Positions 54,111-64,000 of a stretch of DNA of 64,000 nucleotides are shown here, piece by piece; within the stretch, counting starts at the first letter, position 1, and each line of letters opens with the position of its first letter. Source of the DNA: Eledone cirrhosa (lineage: Eukaryota); assembly GCA_964016885.1 (NCBI GenBank), contig OZ024740.1:196850001-196914000 (forward strand), written 5' to 3'. The position numbers and the translations under genes were made by a program. Under the pieces are notes generated by a model. The model was given only the letters and a program-made list of their open reading frames with translations. It had not been told where the DNA came from and searched no databases.

Positions 54111-56306
54111 AAAGAAAAAGAAGCATTCCAGACATAACCCTTCCAAGAGAGAGTGATAGAGACAAAATAAAAAAGAGATATGGAAGAAGTGAAAAAGAGA
54201 GATGGAAGAAGTGAAAAAGAGATATAGAAGAAGCATCAACTCCCTTACTGGACTAGTACTTTATTTATCAACCTCAAAATGTTGAAAGGCAAAATTGACC
54301 TTGGCATGATTTGAATAGAACAGAGAGAGCCAGAACGAATACTGCAAAGCATCTGACATTCTAATCACTCTGCCAATTTGCTGCCTATATGGAACCATAT
54401 GCTGATGCTAAACTGACTGATAGATTAACTCTATCACTCAAGAAATTGTTTCTACTTCTCTAACCTATAAGAATAACTCATCAGAGATGGTATTTTATCA
54501 TAAAACTTTTCTGGTTAACTATTATTAAATTTTTCTCTCTTGCAACAAAGCTTTGTTAGTTATTTATTTTCATTATAACTACAGCCACTTCAATTGTATC
54601 ACCCCCTCCATCATTATTACCAATGTAATCATCGTTTTTACAGTTGCTTTATCATGCTGGCATATATCAGATGATACTTTTTGATGTAGTATTCTATGGC
54701 CAGGAACCCTTTCTGTAAGGTATTTGTTCTAGTAAACATCACATGTCAAAGACTTGGGCTGTAAGTTATATTTTTCTATTGTTTGTGTGTATCATAAATA
54801 AACACCACCAGTTACCCAAGCAATCAATGCAAAGACACACAAAGACAAACACCAATACACTCACACATTATCATATATATATGTCCCACATGTACAGTGT
54901 GGGACATATATATATAACAAGGCCCAGCATATTAGCTGAAAAAAGAAAGTATGCACAGAATGTGAAGTGGAAGAAACAGTTCAGACATTAGTCATAAATA
55001 GATAGACACAACAAGCAGAGAAAAATAAAGTGAAGAAAAGAATCGAGAATGCAGGCGGAGTAACATTTAAAATAAATCAATTTGAAAGAATGACCTATGC
55101 GGCTAAATCGGAAGATCAGTCATCTTGTCTGGTGTCCATTTGTTACTGTCCTATATGCACTAGAATAAGTGATATCAACCTTAATATACTGAAATCATGA
55201 GGACCACCAGAGGTTGACTGATGAGAAGGGACAGTCTTGCGTTTCATTCATTTTTCTGTTGTCATTGCCCAACTTTTTTTAAATTAATTTTATAAAAATC
55301 TATTATAAATATATTGAAAGGTAGCCAACTGGCAGAGTCATTAGAACAGTGGATAGAATGTTTTGTGGTATTTCATTCCGACTCTCTGCTTTCTGAGTTC
55401 AAATCCTGCCAAGGTTAACTTTGGCTGTCATCCTTTCAAGGTCAATAAAAAAAAGTACCAGTCAAGTACTGGGGTAGATTCTTCCTCTTTATCTCTTTCT
55501 CACTTCCCCTCTCTTACTTTCAATTCTTCTCTGGAAGAAATCTGCTGTATTCAAACCTGGAGAGGGATGAGCTTTGCTAGCCTTAAAATGTCCAAGAAAC
55601 ACTGTATTCTACTTTGGCACCCCTATAACTCCCTCAGGAGTTACGGGACCATATCATATATATTGAATTAATTTTATAAGATATATATATAATATATATA
55701 ATATATAATCATCATTATCATCAGCATTTTACATCCATTTTTCCACACTAGCATCGGTTAGATGAGTTGCCCTATTGTGGGCAATGCTAGGTCAGGTGAT
55801 CATGTCTTGCTCATACAGAACTGATTTTGACTTGGTTTCTACAGCTGGATACTCATCAAGGTATTGAGCAGCACAGACTTGCTCAATGTACCATAGATAG
55901 AGATTTCCCTTGAAACCATGTAGTTCTAAAATGAACGTATTAACCACACAGCCATGCCACACCTCTAAGTATCTATAAATATATGACAGGTAAATTACCA
56001 TACACTGGTTGGTGTTAGGAAGGGCATCCAGCCGTAGATAACCTGCCAGACAGTCCTATACGAGCGAGACGACCAATCTTGCCTCAAGTAGGACAATTCC
56101 ATCTAAACCCATGCTAGCGTGGAAGATAGACGTTAAACGGTGATGATGATGATGGACTATCACACCCATATAGGATCTCTGAAGAAAAATGAATATATAA
56201 CTTGTCCAAAAGAAAATTCAAAAATATGATTGCAATGATTTTATTAAGAGAATAAAATAATTTCTTTTTATCTGTTTATAATGATGTTAATCTCTTTTGA
56301 AATAAG

Positions 56307-56350
56307 TCAGCTGATATAACTTTTTGGAGCAATAATCAAATTGTCAGCAT
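56307..56350 (-). CDS. Cereblon-like CULT-domain gene, terminal coding exon
   Basis: ttatattatag| acceptor, phase 1, (Y)ADNLIIAPKSYIS*; AATAAA on the minus strand at 56240-56245. Confidence 0.65.
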
Positions 56351-56414
56351 CTATAATATAAACAGAAAACAGTTATTATGAATGGAAGAAGAAGATGATG
56401 ATGATGATCATAAT

Positions 56415-56600
56415 AATTGTTTCTACTATTGGCACAAGGCCAGCAATAACCAGTACATTACTGGTACTTTATTTTATCGACCCCGTAAGGATAAAAGGCA
56501 AAGTTAACTTCGGCGGGATTTGAACTCAGAATGGCAAGGGCCGTAACTCCATGCGTCAAAGCATGGCGTCCAACCCTCTACCGATACTGCCAATTCGCCG
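56415..56600 (-). mobile_element. Deu/Nin-core SINE (intronic)
   Basis: Same family; further copies at about 56905-57130 (+) and 57393-57575 (-). Confidence 0.75.
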
Positions 56601-56844
56601 ATGATAATAATAACAACGATGACGATGATGAAGAAGGAGAAGAAGACCCTGACCCTTAGATTTTTAGGAAGCGGATGAGTGAATTAAAGATTTGAAATGT
56701 ATTGCATTTGCCATGTCTTTTCACTGTCACAAGACGCGGATGGCACTATGGTGAGAAAATGGGAAAAGGAATAAGAAAACCTCCATAAAATGAAGAAGAA
56801 GAAGAACAAGAAGAAGAAGAAGAACAAGAAGAAGAAGAAGAAAA

Positions 56845-56882
<38 letters not shown>

Positions 56883-58321
56883 AACAACAATAATAATAAC
56901 AACAGGAGGGCGATGATTGGTAGAATCATTAGATATCCAATGAAATGCTTTGCAAGATTTATTCCAGCTCTTTATGTTCTGAGTTCAAATCCAGATGAGG
57001 TTAGTTTTGCCTTTCATCCTTATGGAGTCAATCAATAAAATAAAGAACCAACCAGTAATATACTGGGTTGATTTAATCAACTTTTCCCTCCCCCAAAATT
57101 GTTGGCCTTGTTCCTGATTCAGAAACCATTATGAGTCTCATGAACTGAGAGACACTACAATTACATATCTTGGACTTATGCCAGTGCTTCCCAACCATTT
57201 TTGTTCCACGTCCCACCTCAACATCTAAAAAATGTTTATGTCCCCTTTTGATGTAAAAACAAACTGAGTTTCGTAAAAATGTAATTACTGTAATATAAAG
57301 TAGAAATCCTTTAATTAAACAAAGCTAAAGATTAGGCAAACAATTTTTTCTTCCAATTTAAGTTCAACTTAACTCACTGAGCTCAAGATAAAATAATTGT
57401 TTCTACTTTTGGCACAAGGCCAGCAATTACCCAGTACATTACTGGTACTTTATTTTATCGACCTCATAAAGATAAAAGGCAAAGTTAACCTCGGTGGGAT
57501 TTGAACTCAGATTGTAAAGGGACGTAACTATGCTGGAAAGCATGTCCAACCCTCTACCGATACTGCCAATTCACTGCTCAAGATAAAATAATGCAGTTTA
57601 GTCATTTAGTGAGATCCTTGAGCTTGATGTATGCTACAAAGTGCTTTTATTCAAGACACTAATTTAGTCAAAATCAACTCAAAAGTGAAAACAAACTGCT
57701 CGTAGTTGCTACCAGATACACGATAACATGTGTAAATGAAGTGTAACTGGAAGTTTGGTTGTATTATATCACTTTTAACCCCCATTATAATCAAATTGTT
57801 CCCCATGTGGGGTGAGCGCCTAACATTGGGAATCATTGACTTATACTCTTGGTGAAAGATAAATGATAACAGTAAAAACTAAGAGTTGGTTTATTTAATC
57901 AACTTTGATATTTCAAATGGAATGAAATGGATTGAATTGAACTTCCATTGGTTTCAATTACGAGTATTCCTGCTGTTTGATCAATGGGATGGCCTGTTCA
58001 TTAAATTAGCATGCAGGTGGCTAGCATTTCACAGACATATGTACTCTTAACTTTATTCTCAGGGAGATTCAGCATGATATGCTGTGTTGAATTACAGGTA
58101 CAGTCTATCCAACGGGTTTCTAAACAGTTTCTGTCAACTAAATTTTACTCAAAAGGCAAGGGTTAACTCGAGACTATGATAAACGATACTTCCACAAGAT
58201 ACCACTCAGTTGGATCAAACCCAAGGCCTAATGATTGTGAAGCAAATTCCTTAACCATTCAGTCATTCTGCGTTCACAACTTTCATATATAATAAGTGAA
58301 ATATTGATAAGGTTTACTTAC

Positions 58322-58410
58322 ATTCTTGATGTACTAAATGACTGAGAATTAATCCATAAAATGTCTTTTTCTCTCCTGTATGATAAGCTGAATCAAATGA
58401 TTCAAAAAAC
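58322..58410 (-). CDS. Cereblon-like CULT-domain gene, penultimate exon
   Basis: tgttttcag|G..T|gtaagt, 89 bp, phase 2 to phase 1: (W)FFESFDSAYHTGEKKTFYGLILSHLVHQE; FYGL matches the CULT FWGL motif. Confidence 0.8.
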
Positions 58411-59239
58411 CTGAAAACACAAAAGATATCATCAAGTAAATAAAAGAGCAAACAATGGAAGCTTCTACATCGTTGCTCAATCTGCAAGAAATAGCAACCT
58501 AACTGCCCTTAAATCACACCCTATCTCTTTAATAATGAAAAGATACATTAGATAGTGTAGTACTTTCTAGTTTTTTTTCCAGACCTATAACTCTTGATGG
58601 AGTTATAGGGGCGATGTAGTGATATATGGCATGTTGAGGCCATTTTAAATCCGATGGAGCTCATAACTCAAAAAATCATCACATATGCGCACCTATATAG
58701 AAGGTTAAGTATGTATATGTATTTAAATCATATACTTGCCCAAAAATAGAAGGTCAAGATATGAAAATGATAGAATTTTTTATAACTCACTCCCACCCTG
58801 GTTTCCATAAGAAAAAGGAACATCTTGTAAAAAAATGAGAGAGAAGAAAATACAAACGTGGATGTGTGGATTAAACTAAAAGTTTGCTATGGTTATTAAA
58901 TCCATTCCATTGTATGTATGAAAGTGTAACTCCTGATGGAGTTGTAGTAACATACCTTGAGCATTATAAATCTGGTGGTGCCCATACCTCACCAGGTCTG
59001 AACACAGCAGATTTCTTCCAAAGAAGGAGAGAGAGTGACAGAGAGAATGTGAGAAAGAGATATAGAAGAAGAATCAACCCCAGTACTAGACTGGTACTTT
59101 TTTTTATTAACCAGGAAAGGATGAAAGGCAAAGTTGACCTTATTGAGATTTGAACTGAGAGAGCAGAAAGCTAGAACAAATAACACAAAATATTCTATCC
59201 AACGTTCTAATGATTCGGCCAATTTGCTGCCTTAGTGTA

Positions 59240-59550
59240 GTACAGGCACTCCGTCGGTTTCAGTTGGGCTGATCAACGGAACAGCCTGCTCATGAAATTA
59301 ACATGCAAATGGTTGAGAATTCCACAGTCATGCATACCCTTAATGTAGTTCTCTGGGAGATTCAGAATGACACAGAATGTGACAAGGCTGGCTCTTCAAA
59401 TTACAGGTACAACTCATTTTTGACAGGTGAGTGGACTGGAGCAATGTGAAATAAAGTGTCTTGCTCAAGGACACAACACACTACCGGAAATCGAACTGAT
59501 CACCTTATGATTGTTAACCGAATACCCTAACCACAAAGCCACATGCCTTC
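59240..59550 (-). mobile_element. tRNA-headed SINE, full-length
   Basis: Reverse complement of the 28837 head plus tail. Confidence 0.75.
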
Positions 59551-60213
59551 AGTGTAGTACTAGGTATTTCAAAAATGACAGAGCAATTATGGCTGGAATA
59601 CCTTTGATTATAAGTCTAATTCATTAGGTTTGACAGTGGGATAAACAACCTCAACAATCAAGTAAATATATATTTATGTCTTTACGAATTTAAACAGAGC
59701 ACAAGATTGGTGGCTAGGTCTCATCTATTTACTGTTGAAGGCCCTAAGAAGCTCTTTGGCACTAATTGTTCCAATGTAAAAACTACCAGTCTGAGAAAGA
59801 CGACATCTTGAAGCCGATCATTTAAAAAGTACCAAGGTTGAAGATACATCATCATCATCGTTTAAAGTCTATTTTCCACGTCTATTTTAAATTATAATTT
59901 TTATTTTTATATTCACTTATCTCTGTATATCTTTTTTTTTTTTTTTTTTTTGCTTCTCAACTGTAAGTACTAAATACTTTCCCTAGTCTGCTATGGCTTA
60001 CCAGCTTTAAACTGTTTAAATTGAATAAATAAAATATATGTAATCACAAATTCTAATCTGATAGCTTCTTCCTTCGCACATCTCACCAATAGAATTCTCT
60101 TGTGGTTTCTTGCTTTCTTGACCACAATTTGCCAAAATTCAAAAGCAATATCAATCATCATTTTCTCTCTCCTTGAATTATGTTCTCTCTGACTTGTACT
60201 ATTCCCTTAACAG

Positions 60214-60474
60214 CAGAATGGGATTTATGTATAAGCTAAACAAGCTATAGCTTAGGGCTCCCACTTTCTTGGGGCCGCGAAAAAATTGAAAAAAAAACGG
60301 TCTGTACATTTCCAAAATATAAGATAAAAAAGAACTAAAATAATGCAATAATTTTAAACAGTTTTCTGCTTTAATATTGAACGTTTTGCAGTTTTTATAA
60401 CATTTTTTATAACATATAAAGGGCCCCATTATCTCAAATAGCTTATGGCCTCATCAAATCTAAATCCGGCCCTG
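60214..60474. mobile_element. hAT MITE
   Basis: 8-bp TSD cttaacag on both sides; cag..ctg termini. Confidence 0.8.
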
Positions 60475-62257
60475 CTTAACAGTAACTTTTGCATTTTAGT
60501 GGCTTTAATGGCTTGCTAGACGTCCAGGCTGGTCATCAGCTACATTAATATCACCATTCTATAAGGGCCTAAAAATATCATGGCCCCTGCTAGCATCCTC
60601 TGATTAACTATATAAAAGTTTGTATCTTGGATTTTAGAATAGGTACACCATATCCTTGCATGGCATAAAACGAACCAAAAATGGTTGGCATCAGGAAGAG
60701 CATCTAGCTGTAAAATACTGTGTCAAAAGGTCCAATGCATGCAAACATAACAACAATGATGATGAGGTTTCTTTGTAATTTCTCAGTTTCAAACAATATT
60801 TCTTTTACTTTCTTGAAGAGAACACCATGACCTTGAAATGGTCAAATGAATGTTCTGCATACAAGATGGATCTTATATCGTGAAAAAAAGAATTTTAACA
60901 GCTAATGTCACAATAAAAAAAAAAAAAAAAAAAAAAAAAACAGTTGTAGTTTCTTTCTTTTTCTTTTTGCTTTATTTCCGGCAAGAAATTTTTGACATTT
61001 CACACCAGCACAAAGATGTAAATTGTTTGAAGAAGTATCAATTGATAGAATCAAACTCCATCCATAAATGGTACTTAATTTATTAACCTAAGGGAGCCTC
61101 TATGTAGTTAGTTAGCTTGCTAGAAATATCAACTCAATTTCCATCAAACTATATCCTTACTATCTTAAATAAGAAGGATTCATTGACTAATGTAGTCATT
61201 GATACACTATGTCTAACAAAAAAGATGTAATAGTTACTGCTGGAGTGTCATTGATCATAAGTCAGCTAGATCAGGAATGACCATAGGCTAGACAACAACA
61301 ATAATCAATTGAAAAGATCCTGGGTGGGATTTGATCTCAGAATATAGAGGGATGTCAAATATTGTAAGGGATTTAGTCAGGAGCTTTACCATTTAAGATC
61401 TGACTCCCATCATCTGCCATTACATGATGGAATGAAAAACAAGAAACAGCATTGAGCACCAAAATCATTTGCAAATGTTCAATTTTACAAAACCTACTCC
61501 AACACTTCACAACTCAGGATCCTGCATTCTTTTTTTTTTCCTTTTAAACGATGGATAAGATCCCAGATCTCATTCTCTTATCAAGTCTGGTGGAACTCAT
61601 CAAATCAGACCAGAGAAACAATCTTTCCATTGCTTATACCATCTAATGGTGGCAACTCCTGGCAGAAAGAGCAATGTGAAATAAAGTGTCTTCCTCAAGG
61701 ACATAATGCATTGCCTGGTTCAGGAATCAAACTCACAAACTCCCAATTGCGAATTCAGTTGTTTAATCACTGAGCTACTATTATGTATAGTTCACAGAAA
61801 CATTTGAGATCTGGTGTAATTAATTATGTCTAACTTCTCAAATGGGAGGAGTGTGTGCTTTTACTGACTCTTTCAGCTGATCTGTCCAAGTTAGGCATCC
61901 CTACATTCACACTATATATGGTGTGGTTGCTGCCAATGTCTTGTACATTGTTGAATGCACCCACCCATATCTAAGAATTAGGTTTATTACAGGTAAAATA
62001 TGGCATCTCTGTCATGCTTGTGTAAACATAATCAGTCACTTGGTTTAACACTACTAGTGTGCCCTTGGGTGCCTTTAGCAGAGCCTACTGTGTTACAAGC
62101 ATTCAGGTGAAATATCCAGTTTGATGATACCTTTTACCTCATTACCAACAGTCTTGGAAGTCTCTAAAAAGAGTCCTGTGCATTAACTAGGTATTAAAAA
62201 AACACTTACTCATGAGAAAGCCATTAACTGTAAGAAAACGAAAAATGTTGAACTCAC

Positions 62258-62337
62258 CATCCCATGTGGATACCACAGGTTGGACAGATTACAATTGACC
62301 AACTAAAGCCAGGAAACCAGGTGTCTTCTTTATATGG
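62258..62337 (-). CDS. Cereblon-like CULT-domain gene, internal exon (thalidomide-binding pocket)
   Basis: ttttccttacag|..|gtgagt, 80 bp, phase 0 to phase 2: PYKEDTWFPGFSWSIVICPTCGIHMG(W), matching the CULT signature WFPGYxW..CxxC..H.GW. Upstream exons appear to lie beyond the window. Confidence 0.88.
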
Positions 62338-63589
62338 CTGTAAGGAAAAGAATGGCATTGATTATGATATTTTGAAAATCTGGGTTTAAGAAGAGAAGAA
62401 TAACAATAAAGAGTAAATATGATAAAAGCATCATTGATGATGGAGTGTGTATGTATGTATGTATATATATATATATAGAGAGAGAGAGAGGTTATCACCT
62501 ATTGATGTTAGGTTGGTTAGATGACCATGTCTTGCTTATACATTTCATTTTTGGCTTGATTTCTACAGCTAAACACCCTTCCTAGCACCAACCACTTTAC
62601 AGTGTGTACTGAGAGCATTTTATCATGATTCCAGCACTACTACTTTACATAATGGACTAGATGTTCTTGTTGGGACATTAGCCCTACTGCCTCACAAGAT
62701 GGACTGGAGAGGGGGAGGGGGTCATGGTATCAGTACCTTTCATGACAAAGTGGAAGCTTTTCTTCATGACACCCACACTACCAATTTACATGGTGGACTG
62801 GGTATGTTTTCTACCACAGCACCAGTACTACCACTGTGCAGTGTAGGCTGAATGTATTTAGTTATGGCACCGGCACTCCCTCTTTTCAACAGGCACTCAT
62901 TTTGTTATCCTCAGCTAGGCTGGGAAGCTAGAGGTTGGAGTAGAGAGGGAGGTTACATGTTGTTTACCAAGAGAGGTGGCTTAAAGAGTATCAGTGACAC
63001 CTGGCTGTATATTTGGAGTGTGAGATGTATCCATCTTTCCATGTTGGCATGGTTGGACAAGGAAGAGGGGTTCTGCAAAGCTAAATGAAACTCAATTAGG
63101 TTGAAATTACAACCCTTCAGTTGTTCTCTCAAGTGGTTTTAGACCATAATATATTTTAGAGAAACACAACAAACATTTTTTTCATATAAAATTAATTCAT
63201 TTACTTGTGCTATGGCAGATGTTTTCAACCGGTGCACCACAGCAGACCTGTATGCTACATATGTCCCACAAGTGTGTCATGAGTTTTTGAGATGAGTGGT
63301 ACCATACTAGGATATTTAGAAAGCTTAAGAGATTTTTTATACTTTCCATTGTTATATATGTGTATTCTTTTATGACAAAGTACAACCTGTAAGTCCATCT
63401 CTGTTTTTAAACAATCTAAATACTAATTTTCTTTATCATCATCATTGTTTAACGTCCATTTCCCATGCTAGCATGGGTTAGACAGGATGTCCCATTAGAG
63501 GCAAGTAGGGTCAGGTGACTGTGTCTTGCTCATATAGGACTGATTTGACTGGATTTCTATGGCTGGATGCCCTTCCTAACATCAACCGC

Positions 63590-63860
63590 ATTTACATTGT
63601 GTGCTGGGTGCTTTTTGCCATGACTCCTATACGACCAGTTTAGAGAGTGGACTGGGTGCTTTTTGTCATGACTCCTACACAACCACTTTACAGTATGTTC
63701 TGGGTGCAATTAGTCATGACACCTACACGACCACCTTACAGCATGGGCTGGGTGCTTTTTGTCATGACACCTACATGACCACTTGATAGTGTGGGCTGGG
63801 TGCTTTTTGTCCTGACACTCTCATGACTACATTACAGTGTAGGCTGGATGTTTTTGTAAT
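63590..63860. repeat. Short tandem repeat (about 45-50-bp unit)
   Basis: Repeated ctgggtgctttttgtcatgac.cctacacgaccac. Confidence 0.7.
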
Positions 63861-64000
63861 ACCAACATAACTTTATTTATATACAATAAAACATTTAAAA
63901 AGTGAATAATGTATTGTAACACTTTTAACACCTTATTCCATGTGATAGAGATTGAAAATTATTAAAAATTACTGTACTATGATGAATGCCCAAGGGTTAA

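Noticed and set aside
63197-63390. Possible upstream exon of the CULT gene (cttacag acceptor)
   Set aside because: The frames checked do not give the expected NPxG CULT N-terminal motif.

Overview
AT-rich, microsatellite-dense metazoan genomic DNA; the SINE and repeat repertoire resembles octopus/cephalopod (inference). There are two host genes. One is an intronless, divergent class B (secretin/CRF-DH44-like) GPCR at 658-1875 (+). The other is the last three coding exons of a cereblon-like CULT-domain gene on the minus strand (62258-62337, 58322-58410, 56307-56350), which the ORF track misses. The rest is mobile DNA: Penelope-like elements (one near-intact at 35341-39742), R4/Dong-like, CR1-like, RTE and CRE LINE pieces, mariner/pogo/hAT elements, many tRNA-derived SINEs, and a nested non-autonomous Helitron cluster (41-52 kb). 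The most striking signal is about 12 type I hammerhead-ribozyme motifs from several unrelated sequence families. Almost all sit next to (TA)n tracts. They include a non-coding 467-bp tandem/inverted retrozyme-like array (18667-20337) and two small inverted-repeat cassettes that each enclose one hammerhead. All structures were read by eye and need computational confirmation.
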